64,000 bases of DNA from Octopus sinensis. Taxonomy: Eukaryota. The stretch is taken from positions 29,388,001 to 29,452,000 of the forward strand of contig NC_043008.1 in assembly GCF_006345805.1 (NCBI RefSeq), in the 5' to 3' direction. The position numbers were made by a program, and so were the translations under genes. Position 1 is the stretch's first letter, and the number at the start of each line of letters is the position of its first letter. This document shows, piece by piece, positions 14,396-27,699 of this stretch. The notes beneath the pieces are model-generated. The model had not been told where the DNA came from and made no database searches. It saw nothing but the letters and a program-made list of their open reading frames with translations.

Positions 14396-14927
14396 AACAG
14401 AATAATATTAATCAAATCACACCAGGGATTCTATTAAAAACAAAATGATGACACTTGGACAAATTAGTCTTTGACATGCACATAATTTGGATTACTTATC
14501 TCATCACTGAGATTTGCAATGGCACCAGTTCATAACAGCGACTAAATAATGATATAACTATATCTTATACATTCCACATAACAGCGTCCAATAAGACATC
14601 TAAATTAGAAAGTGATATTACATCAAAAAACTACAGGGGAATCACATAATTACTAGCCGTTTCAAAGTAACATTTAGCTGACCATTCTACAAATTCTTTA
14701 CTTTTACCTTCCAATGTCAAGTATTTAAACTGAAATCAATGTTCCACTGTCAACCACTTTGGTGAGTCTCGAAGATTTGATGCCTTCTGATATTAATAAG
14801 CGTTTTAGAAAAGTAGTCTGTTTTTTTTTCATTAATACATCTACATTTCTAATGAGAGTAAAAAAGTAATCATTTCGAATAAGTTAGTACATTGTGTTTG
14901 AAGAATTCTGTTCAAAAATAAAAGGAA

Positions 14928-15017
<90 letters not shown>

Positions 15018-16009
15018 GTATGCATACATACATATATATTAGTTAAAACAGGTAGGTATTTCATAACAACCAGCGCTTGTAAATGGATAGAATTTCCAGA
15101 TATATTCAGCTATTTTACTTTACTGATTTGTCGCCCAAAACCTCACACTCACTCTTCCTTGTACAAACTTCCCTGCAGATGTATAGTTTTCCTGAAAATC
15201 ATTTCATAAGAACCGTAAACCGAAGAAAGTAAATGTTGTGCGTTTCAATAGTTTGTTAGTATCAATTATATATATTCATCGCGAAAATTATTTATAGCAT
15301 GCAATAGACAATACAACTTAATTATAAAAGGCAGATTGCTTGTATTATTTACCACTGCCGTTATGGTGTTTCCTATAATTTATGTTTGTACTCTGTGTCT
15401 TATTTATAAGCATTTGAGTTCGAACCTAACAATAATGTACGAAAGGATAAATATAATAAACTAGTTAATAATATTTGAGATAATAAACAGAAACATATTT
15501 TTGTTATTGAAAAGGAGTGTAATTAATTGAATTGTTTGTATAAAAAGTAAGTACTAACCTAGAAACATTTCAAATTAATTTGTATAGGAAAACAGGAACT
15601 GTTGTAATGCATCTTACGACTCCTCCGCCAGTTTTCTCTTTATCTTCAAATAATGATCAAACAATGAAAACAGAAAATTTCACCTGTACGCTAGTAAAAA
15701 ATATAATCGGCAACATCAGTAAACTATAGACTGTCACTGTTGAAACTGCTTCAGTTTTCCAATTTTGTGCTTTATGTAACTGTGTCCCAGAAGCCTAAAA
15801 AACAAACACTTTTCAATTTGGAGATGTCAATAGATAATTCGTTCATATAGTGATGCCGCAAGCAAGAATATGTAATTAGATATGGAACATCTTTTCAATT
15901 CTCGCCACCTATGATTTCCAGCATGTTTACAAAAAAATGACACCATGCTCTATTAAATTCTGTCATACGGTGTAATGACACGCATCAACGTATAAACATT
16001 ATTATCATT

Positions 16010-16526
16010 GCTTCTGCACAGCTTCTAACGCTGGAGATGTACTACGGTGTTAGCCGTTCACTACCAGTGAACTAAGGTAACACCTCTTATTTTTCGTGCA
16101 CCTTCCAGAGCATTCTTACTGCAGCCCCTATTTGTTCCATGTCCTTCTCAACATTTTTACTCACTGTTCCTAGGGCTCCGGCAATTATTGGTACTACTAC
16201 CTCCTTTTTCATCGATCAACCTCTCACGCTAATCTGTCAAATCTATCAACTTTTCTTCTTTCCTTATCCCATAACTTGTTGTCAGCTGGACATGTTATAT
16301 ATCTCATGCAGCATAGTTTGCTTTCTTTCTCAATTAAGACTATATCTGGCTTCCTATTCTCTATCTCATGGTCGCTCTGAATCATAAAATCCCACAGGAT
16401 CTTTGCATTACCATATTCGATGATTTCTTTGGGTTTGTTGTCGCTCCAATTTGTTTCTCTGTCAAGTCCATACTTATTGTAAATTGTCCAATGGACAAGC
16501 CTTGCTATATTGTCGTGTTGTTTCAA
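16010..16526 (-). mobile_element. 5'-truncated non-LTR retrotransposon, R4/Dong-like (restriction-like endonuclease) 3' end
   Basis: ORF 16224-16526 reads KQHDNIARLVHW...KILWDFMIQSDHEIENRKPDIVLIEK, the RHD/H knuckle tail plus PD-(D/E) RLE motif. A frameshifted VVVPIIAGALGTV follows, then a short 3' UTR. TAA-type repeats lie on both sides. Confidence 0.85.
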
Positions 16527-16541
16527 TTATTATTATTATTA

Positions 16542-16583
<42 letters not shown>

Positions 16584-16603
16584 CATCAGTAGTAGTAGTA
16601 GTA

Positions 16604-16689
<86 letters not shown>

Positions 16690-16708
16690 ACAGCAGCAGC
16701 TGCAGCAG
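16527..16708. repeat. Compound (TAT)n/(TAG)n/(CAG)n microsatellite
   Basis: Seen directly in the sequence. Confidence 0.95.
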
Positions 16709-16709
16709 A

Positions 16710-16920
16710 TATCAATTTTAAATTTTAGCACATGGCTAGTAATTTCGGCTACGGGTCTAGGTCGATGAGATCGACCCCAGTGTTTAGGTAGTAGATATTT
16801 TTTCCACTCCGAAAGAATTAACTGCAAAGTCGACCTCGGTGGAATTTGAACTCTGAACGTAAAGACCGACAAAATGCTGCTAAGCATCTTGTCCGACATG
16901 CTAACGATTCTGCTGCCTTT
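16710..16920 (-). mobile_element. tRNA-derived SINE
   Basis: Contains gcaaagtcgacctcggtggaatttgaactctgaacgtaaagacc...gctaacgattctgc and a gatcgaccccagtg tail. Confidence 0.85.
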
Positions 16921-16994
16921 GCAAACAAAAATAAAAAGGCACGGAGAGCAAGCATAACCTGCACGTAAATACATTTTTTTACGAATTACTGTGT

Positions 16995-17802
16995 AGGTTA
17001 CAATGCGTTGCTTACGCATGCTTTTAAATTAAAGGTTAAATTTTGCAATTTCGATTGAATTTTCTCTTTTTTTTGTATTAAGTATCATCATTAAAGGTAT
17101 TTATACAGTGTTGAAATTAAGGAATCAACATTTAAATAAGCGAACCCTTCGAATCCATCACAATACACATACACACGCACGCACACACACTCGCCTATCT
17201 AAGTATGTATTTATGCATATGTTCACACGTATCTACCCTATGATCTATACACACGCAGATGAGTGTCGATTTATATGAAACAAAAATAGTGAATGTGATG
17301 AAATACTTACAGAAAATATTGCATAGAATTTGAGAAGTGTTTCGGACGCCTTTCAGAGATGGCAGCTGAATCAAACATACTGTAGCTCGTCCTGGGATAT
17401 AGATAATATGACTACTTGCTTATCGGGAAATTTGTAAGTTCGATTTTAAAAACAATTTTTTTTTTCCAAGTATCACCATTATATGTATTTATTATACTCC
17501 AGTGAAATTACGAAATCAACTCATAAATAAACGAAACCCCGAAATCTATCACTATATACACACACAAGCACTTGCGAACTCATACCCACATAGTTGCATA
17601 CCTCTGTATATATTTATGCATGTTTGAAGATAACCAACCCAAATTTTCATCATTTCCATACACTCACCCAATGAGTACCTCTGCCAAATTTGGTGAAAAT
17701 CCGCTCAGCTGTTTTCAGCAATTTTGCAAACACATAAAGAGACAAAAAGACAAAAACGAGTGATTTACAATACCTGATTACGCTTATGCACGCAGGGTAA
17801 CT
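16995..17802 (+). mobile_element. Non-autonomous Helentron/DINE-1-like (HINE-type) element with internal duplication
   Basis: The core ccaaatttggtgaaaatccg is followed by (GACA)-like repeats and a terminal hairpin tacctg...cagggtaa (17771-17800). An internal direct repeat has a period of about 388 bp. The class call is by architecture only and the 5' boundary is uncertain. Confidence 0.45.
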
Positions 17803-19794
17803 ATACAATTAAAAATTATCTGCAAATGAATTATTTCTATTACTGACACAAATATTCAAACTTGAGTGAGATAAATTTAGAATAGCGGCAAACGAACAGT
17901 ATAAATCGTTGCATGTTTGATAGAATGCCTCACAGTATTTCACTTTGACTTGGTATTTCTCTGTTTTGCGTTTAAATATCGAAAAAAGGCTTTGTTATGC
18001 TTCCAGTATGTATCGTTCAAGAATGCAATCCTATTATTGAGATCAATTCTTCTTTTGTTCTAAATTCCTTATTCCTCTCCAGTTTTCTTCTGTCTCCCTC
18101 ATTTCTATCCTCTTCCTCGCATTCTCTTTTTCTCATGCACTGTCGCATTCGCTCTCTCTTCTCCTCCCCATCTCTCTCTCCCTCTCTTTCTCTCTCTAGC
18201 GTTGTGAGACCATGCGTAGGGTCATTTCCACAAAACTGCGTAGGTTTAGCAGCTTCATTCCAAACTGTCACTGTCAGATACCAGGTGTAACTGACAGTGA
18301 CACATGGATACGTAATACGAGTCAGAACGTTAACAAAGAGTATTAAAATAGCGGTGATGAATCTTGCAGTTTAAGTAGTCTAAGTCTAGGTCACGCACAA
18401 ACCTATTGATTTATAATCTTAGATAAATTGTGGGGTCCATACAGTCTACTCCCATGCTTTGTCTATAAACAGATGTACCCTCCAGCGAGTTATTTCCACT
18501 TCAAAACTTTTGACTTTGATTTATGTAGAGAAATGCCGTTGATTTCAAGGAACCTGTTCGGCCATAGAAGGGGTTTCATTTTATCCTGTAGTTTTCCTCT
18601 CTAAACGTACGGATCTTGAGGTCTTTCGTGGTAGATAAGCGAAAGAGCGAAGTACAGTGTTTTAACGCATTTCAAAGGCTAGGCAACTACTGATAGGAGG
18701 GATGTATTTGCAAGGTATGACCTCAAATACTTCTAAGGACTTTGGTAACCTTAATACACTTGGTGGCAGGTTGACAGTCTTGCAGCAAGATTTGGGGTTA
18801 CTCTATTACAAAGTAGATCATGGGCAGAAGAGAGCTCCGAATGATCTAATGTTTCTACTCAGCCAGAGCACACAACTGATACTTATTTAGTGACACCTGA
18901 GCCTACAAGCGCAAAGTTGCGGTTGACTGGACATTAAGTTAAAATGCGAGATGTTTGAATAATAGCGATTCTGCCAATTCAACCCTTAAGCATTATCTGA
19001 CAAATTAACTCGGAGAAAGTATCAGAGAATAGCAATATAATTATTACTTAATTAAAATATATAATTATATATAATATGTTATTTAATTATATATAATGTA
19101 ATTACTTGTAATTATAAAATGTAATTATTAATGTAAATAAAATATATATAATCATAGCATGATGACTAATAATTGAAATACTTATTCTCTGAACATAAGG
19201 TAGAGTACAAAATTCCAGTCCTTGCATCACTCACAGACACACGTCGAATCTTTTATTTAAATGTTGCCTGCTGTGATACAGGATTAAATCGGATTAAATT
19301 TCTCTATATTCTCGAAATCTCGAAATCTTCCTCGGACACACATTTATAGCAAAACCATAACTATAACTACGACTACCACCATGACGGCGACAACATTTCT
19401 ACTTGCGCACTGTTCCACTTAATAGCCGTGAACTTTTTCATACAATACGTAGCGTAACGTTATGGCCTTTACTCCCAAATCGTTATATTAGCAGAAATAG
19501 GTACGCAATTATACAATCATTTTGAAAATATTCTATCAAGAAATTTGATATAACATCAAATGTCACCGAAACATTATCACATGTAATATCGAAAGTGATC
19601 TCAAATCAATAGATACATACATACGGAGCTATATACGTATCAGGTATGAGAGTGAAACCACTATTTCGGGATTAAAAGTATTTTATTTCCTATGTAAGTA
19701 GCGGTTGATGTTGATATAAGTATTAATAAGCAAATATAAATGTATAAATATTTGAAAATATATATTCATATAACTTTGTGTGTCTCAGTGTATA

Positions 19795-19985
19795 TACGAG
19801 GTGGTGTTGAAAAGTTCCTCGATTTGAGTAAAGGAAAATAGACGAGAATCAGATTCAAACACTTATTGCAACGGTCCTTCAGTTTTTCTAAGCCCTGTAA
19901 AAGAACTCGGAACGTTGGGCCTCGAACCAGGCCTTTCGCGACACCCATAAAATCAGGAGCGTTTTCAGTATCCACCCCTGTTTAT
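19795..19985. mobile_element. Mariner-type MITE
   Basis: Left end TA|cgaggtggtgttgaaaagttcc. The right end caggagcgttttcagtatccacccctg is an imperfect inverted copy. About 190 bp with no coding capacity. Confidence 0.65.
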
Positions 19986-20514
19986 AAAAACGCGTGTGTG
20001 TGCGTGTGTATATGAATACATACACACGCACACACACGCGCACACACACCAAACTTATGGATGGTGTATTTTCAGATGACTTTGTTGCGAATTATGCGTG
20101 ACAGCAAAGTAACTAGATTTTCACTGAGGGTAACTTCGATCAGTATACTGAAGGATTATGAACCGAGAGCATTTCCGATGCACCATTCTGATCGATGAGT
20201 AACCAAACAAATATATAATGCATTAATTCTTTTATCCTGTGTTATGTGTTACTTCAGTTATACCAACTAACATTTGTTATTTAGTTATCAATTATTTATT
20301 TCTGTGCATTTGAGAGTGTCAAATGTATGAACGATAATAATACTCAATGCATGCTAAAATAACGCGTTCTTTACTTACTATAAGTCCACAGTTCATTCTG
20401 CTGAATCTTTGAGAATCGCATGCAGATTTTTATGCGTTGCAAATATTTCTTCATGCTACTTCATCCGTTATTTTCAGATCAGCCAGAAGTAAAGCAATTC
20501 TCTAACTGTTTCAC

Positions 20515-20634
20515 CTTCGCAGGATAACACTGAGTCTGATTTATAGACTCTGTAACATCACTTTTGTTTTCTATGCCAATAAAGCCAATAGACTTAGCTA
20601 TGCTAAAACTATCCGCTTGTGCATGTCCTTCACT
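20515..20634 (-). CDS. Candidate 120-nt phase 0-0 exon (SEGHAQADSFSIAKSIGFIGIENKSDVTESINQTQCYPAK)
   Basis: Lies within a 65-codon stop-free frame. Acceptor ctaatctatttctggtcgttcaag|, donor AAG|GTGAAA. No homology recognised. Confidence 0.2.
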
Positions 20635-21812
20635 CTTGAACGACCAGAAATAGATTAGGTTACGAGAGAATTTAACTCATTAAGTATATACATCTGCATC
20701 ATGCACACAAGCAAATCTCAGTCCAGGTCAATGATGTCTTCCATTCATGTTCATACTCGATACATCAAGAAGACAAAAACACATACAATGATTGGCGAAG
20801 AGAGGCAATTGCCCATTTGTGAAAAATGAATATCATTTAATCAGTATAAATTATTAAGAATCCAAAAATACTTGATTCCCCCCACTACATTGAAAACATC
20901 TATGCCTTTCATCCATGTCTCAAAACAAAAGTTTTGATTGGCAGTAGTCTTGAGAATAGTATCCCTACAGTATCCCTTTGTTTTGCATCAATATCCTCGC
21001 TGAATGCAGTAGATGATGTCATTATCAAGACAGGGCCGGGCATTACATAACAAATACTAGTACCTAGTCTCTTGCGACCGTTTATATATATGTATTGTTT
21101 TACTATAAAAGTACTCTTTGAACATCTGTGTGAAGAGGCAACTGAAAAAGTAATATTTCATGTTTATAAAAATATTTATTAATGAATGTAAACATTACAT
21201 TCCAAAATATCTATGTATTATCTACTACATTTTGTTCATTGAAAGCTTAGAATAGTCAACAAATACATTATTCAGAATTTTTAGACATATGCACTGTCAA
21301 TTGAATCAGATTGATTAGTCTCAACAAATGCCACGGGTAGCAGCTGAAGCTTCTTTTTTTTTTTTCCTGGAGAGATAGGATTTTGTTTCTACGATAAATG
21401 TATTATATTAGAAATCTTGATGGGTTCATCCCAGATTTGCTTCCACGAAGATACAACTATTTACGGCTAATCATTATGTTTACGTTCCGCAATGACCTCC
21501 TATTATGTACAGCTAAACCTTATTTCAACTAGTCACTAAAATTCTATTTTCCTACGTGCAGAAGGAAGCTTTACCTATATGATTTAATGACCCTTACTAG
21601 TTCAATCGGATTGCATACTTACAGTCTAAGGAATGGACATTTTCTTAGTCGGTTAATCATATATAACCATACCTCAACCAAATAATTCTTCTTGAGCACA
21701 TTCTCCCATAAAAATATGTATTCAATCCCATTATAAACGAAATAATTTATATCATTTAAATGAATTATATTATTTAGCTTTAATTTGTGAGATAAAATAT
21801 GTGCGCGTGTGC

Positions 21813-21887
<75 letters not shown>

Positions 21888-23089
21888 TATGCACAGCAAC
21901 CCTGTACATTTATGCACTCACATGAATTAAAATCTCCCTGGGAAAAACGTAATGAATATATTTAACGAATAATTATAATCTTCCGTACTTTCCAAGCTGC
22001 ACATTAATCTGAAACCCCGTTTAGTAGTCGATGGACGACAGTGTTTAATTAATTGATTTATCCCAATGAAATTTCCCCCTCTTATGTGTTTGTAATCTCA
22101 AATATAGATCACTGACCTATTCTTCTGATCACTTTGTACAACACACATTGCTGCCAATAACCAACGTTGAGCGAATCAACTGGCAGTCAGCCCTGGCGGT
22201 TCTTGGATGCGTCAAAGAGCAAACAATTATGTGATATTCATGTTGTGCTAAGACAGTACTACGTGCCAAAGATATCTTTAAACAAAGTTTCAGATGCTAG
22301 TATGTATGCGTCCATATAACTACTATAGATTCAACAGCAGTTGATATATGTGTGTGTTTGTTTGTGTTTAAGTATGCAAACTTACAAACACATGCGGCCA
22401 CACACACACACACACACATATATATGTGTGTGTGTGTGTCTGTCTGACTGTCTGTATGTATGCATGTGTGTATGCACATATGCATGTATATGTGAATGTA
22501 TGCAAGCATGTATGTATATAGCAATATTTAATTTATAAATCTAAGTTCTAGATACTGATTTCAGACATTGCTAAGAGGAAGCTCTCCACGTGCAAATATT
22601 TTCATAGTAGCTTTTATCGTAACATGGAGATATGTTTTGTACGAAATAGATACGTAATGTGTTGCTGGAAAGTAGTGTGAATTAAATAGTACTTTGTAAA
22701 ATAGCTGTAAAAAGCAAAATCTGTTTCTGTTTTGTTTTGAATAGTTAAAAACCAATTGGGAACTATATTGCATAAGATACAGTGACGCTTATACATTTTT
22801 ATTTCGGTTGTTCTTTTGTATATGTCTGTTGAACATTGAAAATATATCGTAATTCCGCTACAATTCATTCTGCTCTATCGTTGAGATGAATCTAGAAATT
22901 TTACCTGCAAAGAAGCTATCTCTGATAAATCATGACACAATGATGTATATATTAACGCCTAGGGAAAGTTGAAGTATGATAATTTGTAACTCATGAAGAG
23001 TGTTATACAATATTTGCAACAACGCTTTATCCAGCCAAGAGGTCAGATAAATTTTAGTGCCAAGAATTCAGATAAGTTTCCCTGTCTCA

Positions 23090-23138
<49 letters not shown>

Positions 23139-23154
23139 TATCTATTTATCATCC

Positions 23155-23215
<61 letters not shown>

Positions 23216-23306
23216 TATAGATAGATATATAGATAGACAGACAGATAGATAGATAAATAGATAGATAGATAGACACACGCATACATACAAAGATAGACAT
23301 ACAGAC

Positions 23307-23348
<42 letters not shown>

Positions 23349-23360
23349 AGATAGATAGAC
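23090..23360. repeat. Compound (TC)n/(TAGA)n/(TA)n microsatellite
   Basis: Seen directly in the sequence. Confidence 0.95.
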
Positions 23361-23411
23361 CATATACCACTCACTCACCCACACGCACACACTCGCGCTC
23401 ACGTACACATA

Positions 23412-24056
23412 TACGAGGTGCATTCAACATGTGTCAAACGGTATCTATTATTTCCCATGGCAATTAATGCCACGTCTGCAAAAACAATTGAGAAAGAGGT
23501 GACTCCACCCTTCCTGAGCAGGCGTGAGAATTTTCATGTAGGTAGGCTTCATCAATTCCCTTCAGTTTTGCCCTGAGTACATGTGTCTTGTGTACTCATC
23601 GGATTTTTATCTTCCTTGAACGTGTCGAAGTGAGATATTGTATCATGTTTTGCCAAAGACTTGTAATATTCAAGAAGACTGGTGATAACTTCCAGAATAT
23701 TCACCAGCCCTACAGGATGATGACTCGGACTATACTTATATCGAGGAGTGGTACAACTGCTTGAGATATGGCTGCACCGTAGGCGAAACCGAGACACTAA
23801 GAGGAAGCCCATCCACACGTTGAAACGAGGAGCTTATTGAGAATGTCATTGAAAATCGCCATGGAAGAACGGGTAAGCAGCAATCAAATTGCAGGCGAAG
23901 TGGAAATACACTACACGTCTAGGCATAGGGGCCGGAAGCTAACGTGGTTTGCCTGCGCAAAATATTTACTGGTCGTTTCTACCCAAAGAATTTTGCCCAC
24001 TCGGTGTTAGTTTCCACGGGAAAAAATAGAGTCGAACTCCTCCTGAACACACTATA
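23412..24056 (+). mobile_element. Internally deleted mariner transposon (decayed N-terminal HTH of the transposase)
   Basis: TIR-like start TAcgaggtgcattcaa. Broken frames read LERVEVRYCIMFCQRL and IEEWYNCLRYGCTVGETETLRGSPSTR*NEELIENV, typical of mariner HTH domains. The right boundary is tentative. Confidence 0.8.
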
Positions 24057-26496
24057 CATGCGCGCGCGCATGCACCATTCGCATGCACATACATACACAT
24101 ACATGTAAATATAAATGTGAGTTAGGTGGGGTATATTATCCAGGGTGATACCAATGTGGCTCTCTGGTATGTTCCAGGTTAATACATCCCTTAGTATTTA
24201 TGTTGCAGTGGAAATACATGTAGGTCATAAAGGCTATAATAATATGGTGTATAGTATTGCAAAACAAGTGGAAGCTAATTTTGAGGATAAACAAGTCACC
24301 ATATTCTATATCCTTAAAATTGTTGCTAATACTTATATATATATATATATGTGTGTGTGTGGTGTGTGTGTGTGTATTTGTGTGCTTCTGCGCGTTTGTG
24401 TGTTCATACATACACATTTATGCATATGTGTCTATGTAGGCCTGTGGATGTGGGTGTGTGCATCTGTGTATATACACACATACACATAGGGTGTGTGCTA
24501 TTTGTGCGTGTATGTGTGTGTGTGTGTACGTATGTTTGTATGTATATACACAAATGTATAATTACAAAGATAGATATAGATATGTGCATTTCTAATTTTT
24601 AACTATAACTTTTCCGTGATGAATTAAGAAGATATAAAACGAAGGAAAATCAAAAGAAATATTTTATGTTGCAAAGGATATATCCATATATATATATATT
24701 TCATGCTTTATTGTATGCTTTTGTTCCATGATAGTAGGAGAATGTATACTTTAAAAAGGAATCGGGAAGTGAATATAGTTTAGTAGGGGTAACGTTCATG
24801 TTTCATTAACAAAATAACCTTCATACTACTAACATGTTATGAAAACTAAATAATGATTGCATGAATTATAACATTATCATAAATTACTTTATTATAATTA
24901 GCTTAAGCGAAACCGGCACTTATTCTGTCAACTGAAAAAAGTAGCAGAAACATTGAAAACGTTTTGCTACGTGTGTTTTAATATATGTTAAATCATTTGG
25001 AATATCCTTAATTGTAAAGTTTGTGTATTTATTTGTGAAGAGTGGTTTCTTTACAATGATACTATGTAATCATTAATCAATTCAAAGAGTCGTTAATAAC
25101 GGCCGTAATGAATTGACACCTGTGTTTCAATTGTTACTTATTTCTATTTATGTATATTTTCACTGATCAGGAATTCATATCGACATAAGTGTATTTCGTT
25201 ACTTAGTATTCTATTAGCAAAATATTTTGCTTCGTATTTTCTTTTAAATATTTGGATGAGAATTTTGCAAACGTAAACTTTTGATTACCATTGTAGGTAT
25301 TTAGACGAGAGTTTTGATGCAATAATTTCATTTTTGTAAGGTACAGATTAAATGGAAACACCAGATCTGTACAAATACTGACATAATTTTCAAACATTAT
25401 TTTACCTTCTAATCAGATAGGTGTTGTTGTGTACAGACACGTAGTTCCAGATTGAATAGGAATTTAAAATATCATTCTCATAGGTTCAGAATTTTTCCGA
25501 TAAATGTCTGTAGTAAACAATTCATAATGAATGTTAAATCTTCAGAAATGGAATATGGCTGGCGGTCTGTGAGGATTGATTTTCCTTCAGGTGTTGAGCA
25601 TTTATGATAGTTATCACGGACAACGTATGATATCAAATTTGAACCAATTCGTTCGGAGTCAGTCTCATATGCGCAGAAACGTCGAATAATAATGTCCCGT
25701 TTTGAAATGCACATTAATCCGCATTTCTTAAATGTATTGTTATTATACAACAAGCAGACATATTGTATAACCTAATCAAGCTGATCTATTGATCAAGTGA
25801 GAGTTATGGACATTTACATTTTCATATCATTATTGGAAAAATGGATATGTACGACATATTCTTCGTATACTGTCATTGATTATTCAAACTCACAAAAAGC
25901 ATTTACAGGGGCTCCACCGCATGTAAACAGATGCAAAAGATATGGCGATGTTGCACAAAGCGCGTTTTAAAGAAATATGTTGTTGCTATGGTTATATTTG
26001 TATGATGCTGAGATCCGTCCTGGATTATTGATTTGTAGTTCAATAGAAATATATGTTGGGGAAATGCTGCAAATCTGCATTATTCCCATGCTGCAATATG
26101 ACGGTCTTTCAGAATAAAAACATCTTTATGTAATAGAAAGTATAAAAGAATTTTCACAATTTTCAAATTAATAAAATACATTATTCCGAACGCTTTGCAT
26201 TTAAAGCTTAAATATTTTTCATTAATTCAGCAATATTTTCTAAGAATATGGACGAGAGAAATTAAAATACTTACGTTTAACCGAAAATTTTAAAGACAGT
26301 AGTGTAAGTAGGCTATATGACGAAGGGAATATGTCTTAGAATATATTGGAATATATCTGCCGAATATAAAAAATACAGAAAAAATATTCTGAATATCTTC
26401 GTGATCGTGGTAATAATTAGCTTATAAAATCATGATAGAAACACGCGCACACACACGTATAAATATATACGTACATATACACACACACACACAGAG

Positions 26497-26545
<49 letters not shown>

Positions 26546-26847
26546 ATATATAATATATATACATATATATAAGTGCGCACACTCACAAACGCACACACAC
26601 ACACACATATATATATAATTTTTCAAACATATTTGCTGTTTCTTTCAACCTCTAGAATATTAGTTGACTGTCCGTTATCGGAACTGCGTTATTTTAGTAT
26701 ATTTATTTGTTTGTTTGTGCGCTTGTGACTGCGTCTATGTGTATGTATGTACGTATGACTGTGTATACCTGAGCTTGTCTGGCTGTATTGCCTATGCACC
26801 TGTCTATCTACATAGCTATCTGCTTACTTACATATAAATATACATAG

Positions 26848-27005
<158 letters not shown>

Positions 27006-27690
27006 CAGTGGAAATTAAAGAAAAACAAAGTACGAAGACGGGTGTATAAACCTGACGCTGAGGAAGGTGAGAAAGTATTTTACGTTTCGAGCATACACTC
27101 TTCAACTGAAAGGAGCACGAGAAGATATAGAGAGAGAATATTAAAAAATAACTTATGGATTTAGCCGTCAATCATGACGACTGGTTGAACAAAAGTAGTT
27201 AGATAGGAGAGCTAGGAAGAAGGGAGGATGATAATGTACTGGTGATACCAAAATGACGGTGCACGTGCATTTGAGTATGTGTGAGTATGTGTGCGTGTGG
27301 ATAGCGGCTGGTGATTTTGACGTGTGGATGTGTGCGTCTGTAATGTGTAGGTGTGTGGTTGATGGTTGGGGTGCTTGGAAGTGGCCAGTGCTATTGTGTG
27401 CATATTTCCAAATATTTAATGGGATCTTGCGTAATTCCTATTGTCGGATGTGTTGCCTATGGATTATTGCATGTTGGCAGAGGGAATTATTTGTTTCGCC
27501 AATATAATTTTCGTAGAAGTTTGGGCAGGTAATGCACTATACGAAATTTTTCATTTTGCAGTTCATATCTGCATCTATTTGGAAAAGGAATCTTCTCTTG
27601 AAATGTATGTGGGAACAACATTCTACGTATTCAATGTTTTTGTTGCATGTTCCAGAATGAATGGATGACAATCAAATTCGCAGCCGAGAA
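27006..27690 (-). mobile_element. Penelope-like element 3' module: decayed GIY-YIG endonuclease plus 3' UTR
   Basis: The minus frame reads CCSHIHFKRRFLFQIDADMNCKMKNFV*CITCPNFYENYIGETNNSLCQHAIIHRQHIRQ, a Cys-rich linker followed by the IYCITC...YIGET GIY-YIG motif (Neptune-like). The 3' UTR has a hammerhead-like motif and ends at (TA)n. Confidence 0.85.
27081..27105 (-). ncRNA. Degenerate minimal hammerhead-like motif
   Basis: Minus strand TTGAAGA-G-TGTATGCT-C-GAAAC-GT-A. The core has a C3>U change and helix III is the loopless palindrome ACGT. Helix I does not pair, so it is probably inactive. Confidence 0.45.
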
Positions 27691-27699
27691 ACACTAAAA

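Noticed and set aside
16474-17019. 181-aa minus-strand ORF with poly-Y, poly-T and poly-N
   Set aside because: It runs through a SINE and triplet microsatellites and has no protein-like content.
18330-18950. Possible L1/Tx1 3' fragment
   Set aside because: The composition is TE-like, but no unambiguous motif was found in any frame, so it is left unclassified.
25478-25753. 91-aa minus-strand ORF
   Set aside because: No recognisable domain, and competing weak splice signals on both strands.
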